DNA of 64,000 bases, taken from a virus. How positions within the stretch are numbered: position 1 is the stretch's first letter; every line of letters starts with the position of its first letter. The position numbers were made by a program, and so were the translations under genes. The stretch is from IMG/VR virus record IMGVR_UViG_3300009503_000018, positions 75,528 to 139,527 of that record. One strand, written 5' to 3'. A model generated the notes under the pieces. The model saw only the letters and a program-made list of their open reading frames with translations, did no database searches and was not told where the DNA came from. Positions 9,114-16,152 of this stretch are shown here, one piece after another.

Positions 9114-9165
9114 TAATAGACATATTAGGCTACGTACTTTATAGTAGCGGCGGAGGGACTCGAAC

Positions 9166-9177
9166 TCATTGCTTGGT
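9166..9177. repeat. 12-nt direct repeat TCATTGCTTGGT, upstream junction of the tnpB cassette
   Basis: Identical to 7966-7977; contains the TGA stop of the 82-aa gene. Confidence 0.9.
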
Positions 9178-9414
9178 ATGCATTTCAAAAGCGAATGCTA
9201 CTGTATACCCTTCAACTCGTTGTTCGTCAAGTACTGAATTTAACAGTTCTTTCGTCGGACATACAACGACTCGTCTTTTCTCTATACCTTCTTTCTGAAG
9301 GACCGCGACATATGAAACAGCGTTATGCTGTATAGATTTATGCACCGATAAAAGAAGATCTGCAAACTCATCAACGGAAACTGGTTTTTCTATTTCTATA
9401 TGTTTTCTATTCAT
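9166..9414 (-). CDS. Small hypothetical protein between sbcD and sbcC
   Basis: 82 aa; ATGA overlap with sbcD. Confidence 0.75.
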   Translation of the reverse strand: MNRKHIEIEKPVSVDEFADLLLSVHKSIQHNAVSYVAVLQKEGIEKRRVVVCPTKELLNSVLDEQRVEGYTVAFAFEMHTKQ

Positions 9415-10487
9415 ATTGTATCAATCCGTCGTTCAATTTCTTTTAAATACTCCAGCAATTCCGGGTCATTATCGACTTGCTGCACGTAAGAAAGTAATTG
9501 CTTTCCAATTGGAATTCTTTTGTTGATTTTTGCATTGACATTTAAGGGAGTTGTCGCTTTCGCCTGCATACGGACCTTTGCCGAAGCCGCCCCCATCGCC
9601 CGCAGGCGTTTCTCTAGTTCTCGTCGAACAGACACAGGAGCTTGACCATTATGTTCTACAACCATAAATACAACATTGCCCACAACGTTTTTCTCAATTT
9701 GGAGCATTTCTTCTATATCACCAGCCCAAGTTTTCACAACATTAATGATTTTAGGAAAAGGCGATTCAACAAATTCAACTGCAATCGACGATTCAACGTC
9801 GACAATAAGAGCCCCTTTCGCACCTTGATCGCCGTCTTGGACGCGCTCTAATGGCGTTCCAATATGCCAGGCAGGGACATTTTCAAATTTGAGTTCTTGA
9901 CGTAAGTGAATATGCCCTCCCAGCACGTAGGATAATTCAGAACGGTCAATGGTTTCTCGGACAATTCCTGTTGTGGCGGCATATTTTCCATCTCGTGAAT
10001 GTCCGATGACGGAATCATGGAAAAACAGAACATTAATATCGTGCGGACTTAAGTCATACTCGAACTGTGTGTAACCATAGGGCAAAAAGTGCAATAACAG
10101 CCCATTAAAGTCTAGGACACCGGGCTTGTCAAACACAACAATTTTATCGTCGTCATTCCATATTTGTACGCCGTTATAACTGTGCCATTGTCCTGTCTTG
10201 TCATACAAATCGTGGTTGCCAAGAAGACACGCAATACGAACATTGTCGCGGCGAAATCGGTTGAGCCGCTCGTCCGCTAAGTCCCGCATCCATGCTGGTG
10301 GTCTGTGAGGTTTAAAGCGGTCTCCACCAAAAATTACTGCGTCGGCCTTTTTTTGTAAAGCAAGTTCTCGAACCCAGTCCCACACATTCAGCGTATCAAG
10401 CAACCGGCTGTTAAAACCGGTTTTCTGGTCAATATGACCTTCGCTATATTCGCCGATGTGACCATCGCTAAACACGACGAGTTTCAT
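9411..10487 (-). CDS. sbcD: SbcD/Mre11/gp47-like metallophosphoesterase nuclease subunit
   Basis: Motifs SDGHIG, GGDRF, LGNHD and GGHIH. Confidence 0.92.
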   Translation of the reverse strand: MKLVVFSDGHIGEYSEGHIDQKTGFNSRLLDTLNVWDWVRELALQKKADAVIFGGDRFKPHRPPAWMRDLADERLNRFRRDNVRIACLLGNHDLYDKTGQWHSYNGVQIWNDDDKIVVFDKPGVLDFNGLLLHFLPYGYTQFEYDLSPHDINVLFFHDSVIGHSRDGKYAATTGIVRETIDRSELSYVLGGHIHLRQELKFENVPAWHIGTPLERVQDGDQGAKGALIVDVESSIAVEFVESPFPKIINVVKTWAGDIEEMLQIEKNVVGNVVFMVVEHNGQAPVSVRRELEKRLRAMGAASAKVRMQAKATTPLNVNAKINKRIPIGKQLLSYVQQVDNDPELLEYLKEIERRIDTI

Positions 10488-11509
10488 AAGGTTTCTCGAA
10501 TATGAGGCAACCCTTCATTATATGCCGCTGGTGTAATTTCAATAAATTCTGCTTTTTGTTGTAATTCTTGAATGTTTTTTGCTCCACAATACGTCAAACC
10601 AGACCGCAAACCGCCAATCAGATCTCGTACAACATTCTCTACTGGACCTTTACACGGGACTTTGATAGAAATCCCCTCCGCTGTTTTCCACTCTGGTACA
10701 TCACCATAGTAGTCACGATGCGCCTCAACAGAGGCCATGCCACGAAATATTTTATAGTTATTCGGGCCGTCCCAAATCTCTTCGCCGGGAGTTTCGTCTG
10801 TACCAGCCAACAAACCGCCAACCATAACCATAGTCGCTCCGGCAGCGAGCGCTTTTACTACATCTCCCGGGAAACGAATTCCTCCGTCCGCTATTACTGG
10901 ACGACCGGTCCTACTGCAATCCATAATCGCTGTAATTTGTGGAACACCAAACCCGGTTTTTAGGCGTGTTGTACATACTGACCCTGGACCGATACCAACC
11001 TTGATTGCATCGGCACCACAACTAGCCAAATAATCAGCGCCGGCGGCCGTGGCGACATTTCCAGCGATAATATAAATATTCTTTTTAAACTTTTCCCGTA
11101 ACGCTTTAATCATTTTGCCGGTCAATCGTGAATGACCGTGGGCTACATCAACGCAAAATAGCGTTGCACCAGCATTATACAATGCTTCAGCGCGATCCAA
11201 TCCTTCATTAACACCTACCGAGACTCCTACGATGGGATATTTATTGTCTTGTGATTGTGTTGCCTTTTTATATTCATTGACATTTTCTTCAATTGAAATA
11301 AAACGATGCAATATCCCTAGACACCCCAATTCCCACATCTTTCTTGCCATTACTGCTCCACAAATTGTATCCATATTTGCTGCAATAATAGGCACTTTAA
11401 ATAAATACGGACCTAATGACGCTTCGGTAGAGACCGCCGACCGAGAAGAGAAATGATTATAATTGGGCTGTAACAACAGATCATCAAAAGTTAATCCACG
11501 ACGGATCAT
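10484..11509 (-). CDS. IMPDH/GMP reductase family oxidoreductase without CBS domains
   Basis: [41 protein letters not shown] (catalytic Cys), IADGGI, FRGMAS, AEG. Start MIRRG at 11509 forms an ATGA overlap. Confidence 0.9.
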   Translation of the reverse strand: MIRRGLTFDDLLLQPNYNHFSSRSAVSTEASLGPYLFKVPIIAANMDTICGAVMARKMWELGCLGILHRFISIEENVNEYKKATQSQDNKYPIVGVSVGVNEGLDRAEALYNAGATLFCVDVAHGHSRLTGKMIKALREKFKKNIYIIAGNVATAAGADYLASCGADAIKVGIGPGSVCTTRLKTGFGVPQITAIMDCSRTGRPVIADGGIRFPGDVVKALAAGATMVMVGGLLAGTDETPGEEIWDGPNNYKIFRGMASVEAHRDYYGDVPEWKTAEGISIKVPCKGPVENVVRDLIGGLRSGLTYCGAKNIQELQQKAEFIEITPAAYNEGLPHIRETL

Positions 11510-11853
11510 TTCTCTCTCTCCCAAGGATAAACAACATATTGATCTATTTCTCGCACCCAATATGTCGGCACAAACGGACAATGTTTGTGCTTGTGGAGTG
11601 TAGCGATATCGTATTTATCTATAAAAGGAGATAGAGTTTTTCCACTATCTGCAATATCGTCCACGACGAGACTGTGTTCTTCGGGCTCATCAAACTTGAG
11701 AGGGAGGTCAAGCAAATGCGATAACGTAACACCAAGGGGCAGACCGCCCCGTGGGAGACTGAAAATGGATGAATACTTTTTTCCTTTTTTACGGATTTGC
11801 GCTACGAGTTGAGACACGTCCGTGTCGAAATCTGCCCACGAATACACAATCAT
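11506..11853 (-). CDS. Type I phosphoribosyltransferase (Gpt/xanthine-guanine-like)
   Basis: SLPRGGLPLG, PRPP-binding LVVDDIADSGKT, C-terminal YVVYPWE. Confidence 0.85.
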   Translation of the reverse strand: MIVYSWADFDTDVSQLVAQIRKKGKKYSSIFSLPRGGLPLGVTLSHLLDLPLKFDEPEEHSLVVDDIADSGKTLSPFIDKYDIATLHKHKHCPFVPTYWVREIDQYVVYPWEREK

Positions 11854-12869
11854 GAATTGTTTTTTTGGATAGCAATGTTTTCTTGAATTTTCTTTAACAT
11901 TTCAGGATGTTCCACGAGAAAAGCTCGGGCATTGTCAGCGCCCTGTCCAATACGCTCTCCCTCAAAGGAATACCACGCCCCTGTTTTTTCGATGACACCT
12001 GTATCGACGCCGTAATTGAGCCAGCATTTGACAACATCAAACCCCTCCCCATAGATCAAATCGAATTCCGCTTCGCGAAATGGGGGAGCGACTTTATTCT
12101 TTACGACTTTGACTTTCATTGTATGACCAATAACTTCTTCACCATTTTTCAGTGTTGTGCTCTTTCGCACGTCGAGGCGCACCGAAGCATAAAACTTTAG
12201 GGCATTTCCTCCAGTTGTTGTTTCAGGATTTCCAAACATTACTCCGATTTTCTGGCGCAATTGATTAATAAAAATAATCGAGGATCGGTGCTTATTCAAG
12301 TTACTGGTGATCTTGCGCATCGCTTGCGACATGAGGCGAGCTTGCAAGCCCATATGCGCACTCCCCATTTCTCCCTCGATTTCTGCTTTCGGGACGAGAG
12401 CTGCTACCGAATCTACCACGATCAAGTCCACGCCGGCTTCAATAGCAAAATCAGCCATTTCTAGCGCTTGTTCCCCACTATCTGGCTGAGATACTAGTCC
12501 TTTCGACAAATCGAGTCCCAACCGCTGAGCATACTGCAAATCCAAAGCATGTTCTGCATCAATGTAATGAACTATTCCGCCTAATGATTGGGCTCGGGCA
12601 GCAACCTGAATTGCTAATGTCGATTTCCCCGTTGCCTCGGGACCGTAAATTTCGACCATTCGTCCGCGCGGGATACCGCCTACGCCCAATGCGTTATCAA
12701 GAGGTGGAATGCCGGTCGGAATAACTTCAACACTAGGAAGTTCTTGCTGCCCGCCCAACACAAAAGCGGACTCAGCGCCGAATTTCTTCGTAAAACCCGA
12801 AAGATAATTCTCGATGTCTTTTGATGGACTTGGTGAAGCAAACATTTTCTTTTCCTTTGGCGGAACCAC
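11850..12869 (-). CDS. recA: RecA recombinase, bacterial type
   Basis: GGIPRGRMVEIYGPEATGKST, IDAEHALD, VDSVAALVPKAEIEGEMG, FINQLRQKIGVMFGNPETTTGGNALKFYASVRLDVR. Confidence 0.97.
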   Translation of the reverse strand: MVPPKEKKMFASPSPSKDIENYLSGFTKKFGAESAFVLGGQQELPSVEVIPTGIPPLDNALGVGGIPRGRMVEIYGPEATGKSTLAIQVAARAQSLGGIVHYIDAEHALDLQYAQRLGLDLSKGLVSQPDSGEQALEMADFAIEAGVDLIVVDSVAALVPKAEIEGEMGSAHMGLQARLMSQAMRKITSNLNKHRSSIIFINQLRQKIGVMFGNPETTTGGNALKFYASVRLDVRKSTTLKNGEEVIGHTMKVKVVKNKVAPPFREAEFDLIYGEGFDVVKCWLNYGVDTGVIEKTGAWYSFEGERIGQGADNARAFLVEHPEMLKKIQENIAIQKNNS

Positions 12870-12870
12870 G

Positions 12871-14040
12871 TTACCTCCACGTCACTTTAGGGCGTCTTGG
12901 TGCCGAAACCGGCATCGGCGACGGTTCAGAAGACGGCTCAGGAGTTGAAGTCACTGATTCAGGGACTCGCGGCGAAGGAACAACCGGTTTTGGACTAAGC
13001 TCGACTGGGCTTACAGGACGAGGAACGGAGTTATTAGGAGCCACTTCCGCGCTGGGCTCGACGGGCTTTGAAAAAGCTACCGATGCCGGAGCCACGGGAC
13101 GCGGCGGCGTCATAAACTTTTTTGTCCGTACTGGTGTACCCGAACCAAAACTTTGAACATACGCTTGTTTTTGCTCAGGAGTCCAAACCTGAACCCACTG
13201 CGCCGGATCGGGAATATCTTCCGCCGCTTGAAGATACGCCACTACCTCTCCGGGAAGATTCGGGATTTCATCTTCAATTTCAATAAAGTATTCGCAAAAC
13301 TGGGAACCCCGCGTATTATCGCGCGTTACATTCACGACACGATACCCACCAGACTCAAAGTCCCAGAATTTCTTTAGTTTCTGTTTGCGGTACAACTGAC
13401 CGATGATTGAGTCCGGACCAAAATACCCCTGAATTCGGACATGACCGCCGTCCTCTTCTTCGAGGGGCTTTTGACCTAAAGCCTTCGCGACATCGAAAAC
13501 GGCAAAGTAATATCTGTCGACGGGTCCCCAAGCCTTGGCAAGGTCACGAACAGCGCTTACCTCGGGATGCTGCGCGATAACGGTAAAAAATTCGTCCTTT
13601 GCAATATTTTCGAGACCTGCCGCTTTCCGCTTTTCAGTGTACTCATCCCAAAACAACTGAGCGTGCCGGCAAAATACACATTCGTCAGTGTCGAACACCG
13701 GCGGGACCGGCTGACCAGCGCGCGATAAAGATTTCGCTTGCTTGTTCATCTGCGTTTCACAAGCAACCATAACCCGACGGAAATTACTATCATCGGCGGG
13801 AGCTAGTTCAACCCAGTGAACAGCCAACTTGGCGTAATAATTGACCATATCAGGCCAATGCCGGAAAAATGTGAAGCGGTTCAAATTAAAAGCGAGAAAA
13901 AACAGTCTATTCTCCGCAGCTTTCCGTTCTTCGCTTGGGAGCATACGGAACAAGTTCGGATCACGCTTAAAATTCTTTCGTGAACCCTCTTCTCCCGGAC
14001 TCTCCACGTCTACCTCTTGCGGATAATTCAACTCAACCAT
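12871..14040 (-). CDS. Probable ssDNA-binding protein (gp32-like) with Pro-rich C-tail
   Basis: Directly upstream of recA; CVFC, RYYFAVFD and VVNVTRDNTRG...Y segments resemble gp32-like SSBs. Confidence 0.55.
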   Translation of the reverse strand: MVELNYPQEVDVESPGEEGSRKNFKRDPNLFRMLPSEERKAAENRLFFLAFNLNRFTFFRHWPDMVNYYAKLAVHWVELAPADDSNFRRVMVACETQMNKQAKSLSRAGQPVPPVFDTDECVFCRHAQLFWDEYTEKRKAAGLENIAKDEFFTVIAQHPEVSAVRDLAKAWGPVDRYYFAVFDVAKALGQKPLEEEDGGHVRIQGYFGPDSIIGQLYRKQKLKKFWDFESGGYRVVNVTRDNTRGSQFCEYFIEIEDEIPNLPGEVVAYLQAAEDIPDPAQWVQVWTPEQKQAYVQSFGSGTPVRTKKFMTPPRPVAPASVAFSKPVEPSAEVAPNNSVPRPVSPVELSPKPVVPSPRVPESVTSTPEPSSEPSPMPVSAPRRPKVTWR

Positions 14041-14068
14041 GTTACCTCCGTTAAAAATAACGACTCAA

Positions 14069-14077
14069 AGTATACCA
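14069..14077 (-). promoter_or_regulatory. Extended -10 promoter (TG-G-TATACT) upstream of the SSB-recA operon
   Basis: Intergenic TGGTATACT followed by a GGAGG SD. A TTGACA at 14106-14101 is 26 nt away, too far to be the -35. Confidence 0.45.
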
Positions 14078-14114
14078 TCCATACACCACACGGGAATACT
14101 TGTCAAGAGCATAA

Positions 14115-14348
14115 TTAATCCATTGGAACTAAAGGTGCTGTTAGTACTTTTGGTTCGTCCCACCACTGGATATGTCCCAATGTTTCCCAACATTTAATAA
14201 AATTTACAGCCGCATTCCAATTTGGAAAATTATAGCGCTGAATAACTGGGCTGGCGAATACGGCCCGTGAATGTTCGACATACGTCAGTTCAACAGAACC
14301 GTCGTCTTGTTCTATCAGTTGAATGCCTTTTCCAAAGCCACGTGACAT
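14115..14348 (-). CDS. Small hypothetical protein
   Basis: 77-aa ORF on the coding strand. Confidence 0.65.
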   Translation of the reverse strand: MSRGFGKGIQLIEQDDGSVELTYVEHSRAVFASPVIQRYNFPNWNAAVNFIKCWETLGHIQWWDEPKVLTAPLVPMD

Positions 14349-14361
14349 GTAAATGCCCTTC

Positions 14362-14970
14362 TCAATTGATATTCGACTGCAACGTCGCTCTTCGATCAGC
14401 GGCGAGAGTCCTGATACTCCAAATTTTATTGTTAAATGCGGCGGAAATCGCTTTTAATTGTCGTGTTTTATGCTGTAAGGATAACAGGTGTGTCTGGGCA
14501 TCCTCGTATGAAGGAGCATAAATATACATCTCTTCTTTGAATTCCTCTGCGCTTTTCGGGGTTAATCCAATACCGGACACTTCTGCAACATACCCTTTAT
14601 ACGCAATCTCAGCATATTCATCTTGATTCGCGTTTTTAGAGAAAATTAACACCGCCGCATTTTCTTTTGCAGCTACTGTCGGATTTTTTTCTCCACTCCC
14701 TTTGAGATAATACTTAGCGTACTTCTCTATATGGGCCATGTACTGCGCATAATCAATTTTTTCGAACCGATCTTTTGCCAATTCCGCGTCGATTGCCAAT
14801 TGGGACCAGAAATGTTCCTGAGCTGAACACTCCCTGACTTCACGTTCTAAATCGCTTTCGTCTACCACGAGCATCTCAGAAATGATGAATTCTTCATTTC
14901 CGTGCTCATCAGACACGACGACACGGAAATCTTGAGTCGTTTGGCCGTGGATAATAACGTTAATCGACAT
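14362..14970 (-). CDS. Helical protein, possibly a UvsY-like recombination mediator
   Basis: C-terminal LKAISAAFNNKIWSIRTLAADRRA resembles UvsY-like proteins; near SSB and recA. Start MSINV is assumed; the ORF track starts at 15039. Confidence 0.45.
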   Translation of the reverse strand: MSINVIIHGQTTQDFRVVVSDEHGNEEFIISEMLVVDESDLEREVRECSAQEHFWSQLAIDAELAKDRFEKIDYAQYMAHIEKYAKYYLKGSGEKNPTVAAKENAAVLIFSKNANQDEYAEIAYKGYVAEVSGIGLTPKSAEEFKEEMYIYAPSYEDAQTHLLSLQHKTRQLKAISAAFNNKIWSIRTLAADRRATLQSNIN

Positions 14971-15076
14971 TGTTCGACGACGTTGGACACCCCCAGTCGA
15001 TGGTGGGAGCTTCTCCGCAATCTGGAGAGCCCCCACCATTTAACCACAACACCGGATGATGCGCCATTAGTCAGGT

Positions 15077-15289
15077 TTAACCAACGGCTACCCGATCAGC
15101 CACTTCGGTCTTGACCATCGAGAAAATATAAGTGGCCAAAAGACGAAGCCGATCGCTCTGACTCTTGGTCTGAGTCAGACCCCGAACGCCCAGCTCTTCG
15201 AGATCGCGAAGGAGAGCACGGGTTCTCTGTCGCGCACGGGGATGTAGTGCGACACCTTCGACTGTGCTTGGGACTAGCTTATTAGCCAT
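15077..15289 (-). CDS. Small hypothetical protein (MANKLVPST...)
   Basis: AGGAGG SD 6 nt before the ATG at 15289. Confidence 0.7.
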   Translation of the reverse strand: MANKLVPSTVEGVALHPRARQRTRALLRDLEELGVRGLTQTKSQSDRLRLLATYIFSMVKTEVADRVAVG

Positions 15290-15313
15290 TTCGGACCTCC
15301 TTTTTGAAATTTC

Positions 15314-15373
15314 GTGACGGCACCCCAACAGGGCTTCTCGGGATAACCCCGACGGCTCCGTCCGAGCCTAAGC
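15314..15373 (-). ncRNA. Diverged omegaRNA/right-end scaffold copy 3
   Basis: CTTAGGCTCGGACGGAGCCGTCGGGGTTATCCCGAGAAGCCCTGTTGGGGTGCCGTCAC aligns with copy 1 (GGCTTGGACGGAGCC...GAGAAGTCC...GTCGTCAC). The stem TCAGG/CCTGA becomes TCGGG/CCCGA. Confidence 0.7.
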
Positions 15374-15381
15374 TTAATACC

Positions 15382-15506
15382 GTGACGACATCCTCAGTCA
15401 ATGACAAGGACTTCTCAGGTTAACCTGAAGGCTCCGTCCAAGCCTGAGTATATTTATCGCTGCATTCACATCTCTGTCAAGTAGTAGACCACACAAACAC
15501 GAGTGT
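15382..15506 (-). ncRNA. Orphan omegaRNA scaffold copy 2 (tnpB 3' remnant)
   Basis: 119/125 nt identical to 7976-8100 by hand count. It encodes only the last ~36 TnpB codons and has no upstream tnpB body. Confidence 0.8.
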
Positions 15507-15541
15507 AATCCACCGCCGCTTTTGATCAATCATTCTGCCAC

Positions 15542-15724
15542 TTAACCCAATTCATTATTTACGGGAACAATCCGCCAATTCAAACTAGGCATTCTCTCTC
15601 GTACATCGTCTAAGCACACTAAGATCTCCTCTAAGCTATGAGGCTCACCAAAGGGTCTCCATTCACTATACTGCTCATCTTTTAGACTCCATTCAAGAAT
15701 CCACTTATCTAGTATACTGCTCAT
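15542..15724 (-). CDS. Small hypothetical protein whose 5' end is triplicated
   Basis: 60 aa; DKWILEWSLKDEQ is encoded by the repeat at 15667-15709. Confidence 0.55.
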   Translation of the reverse strand: MSSILDKWILEWSLKDEQYSEWRPFGEPHSLEEILVCLDDVRERMPSLNWRIVPVNNELG

Positions 15725-15755
15725 CTTTTAGACTCCGTTCAAGAATTCATTTATC
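15667..15755. repeat. Tandem 43-nt direct repeat (period 46), with a third copy at 16077-16118
   Basis: TATACTGCTCATCTTTTAGACTCCATTCAAGAATCCACTTATC at 15667-15709; variant at 15713-15755; diverged copy at 16077-16118. Confidence 0.85.
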
Positions 15756-15788
15756 CATCTGTGCGACCGACGAACGCGCTTTCCGTTA

Positions 15789-16058
15789 TCAACGATGTAG
15801 ACCATACAAACGCTTCTCTGAGTAGTGAATGTGACACAGCCACAGATAGCCGCCCGGTGTTGGCATGCCACACGTCCCGTCGCTGCGACAACCCGCCATG
15901 TCGCATACCGGCACGAACTGCGTCACCGCCTTACACTTTGGACACCCTTCGACGATATCGTTCAAATTAAACGGGTTTGGCGCCTTGAGAATTTTGGCCG
16001 TAGGCAATAGCGTGTCACACGCCCGACAACGACTATGGCGCGGTGTCTGCATTTTCAC
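15789..16058 (-). CDS. Cys-rich small protein (multiple Zn sites)
   Basis: CRAC, CPKC, CDMAGC, C...CHIH; GAGGTG SD. Confidence 0.7.
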   Translation of the reverse strand: MKMQTPRHSRCRACDTLLPTAKILKAPNPFNLNDIVEGCPKCKAVTQFVPVCDMAGCRSDGTCGMPTPGGYLWLCHIHYSEKRLYGLHR

Positions 16059-16076
16059 ACCTCGCGCGGATCAATG

Positions 16077-16118
16077 CTGCTCATTTTTTAGACCCCATTC
16101 AAAAATCCACTTATCCAT
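16077..16118. repeat. Third, diverged copy of the 43-nt repeat
   Basis: CTGCTCATTTTTTAGACCCCATTCAAAAATCCACTTATCCAT; the minus strand reads MDKWIFEWGLKNEQH-stop. Confidence 0.75.
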
Positions 16119-16152
16119 TTTTGCGACGACCTCTTAGTCAATTAAGGACTTC

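Larger units (their letters stand above)
7976..9165 (-). mobile_element. TnpA-less IS200/IS605-family (IS1341-like) tnpB cassette inserted upstream of sbcC
   Basis: tnpB CDS plus a right end finishing ...GATGTCGTCAC; no tnpA in the window; removing 1200 bp restores an ATGA stop/start overlap. Confidence 0.85.

Noticed and set aside
9144-9165. Functional tRNA gene
   Set aside because: Only the 3' part of a tRNA-like sequence is present; there is no D-arm, anticodon arm or CCA. I saw no complete tRNA in the window.
7976-9165. IStron (group I intron-tnpB hybrid) or autonomous IS605
   Set aside because: Only about 50 nt lie upstream of tnpB, too short for an intron core. There is no tnpA, and the insertion does not interrupt a CDS.
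7992-9188. TnpB start at 9188 (398 aa)
   Set aside because: The extension crosses the cassette boundary and overlaps the upstream gene; family similarity begins at MHRAFKY (9113).
3937-11853. Z-genome (2-aminoadenine) pathway
   Set aside because: No PurZ/PurA-like, DatZ or MazZ-like gene is recognisable in this window.
15314-16118. CRISPR array
   Set aside because: The repeats are tnpB right-end derivatives or coding-sequence duplications, with no regular repeat-spacer period and no cas genes.
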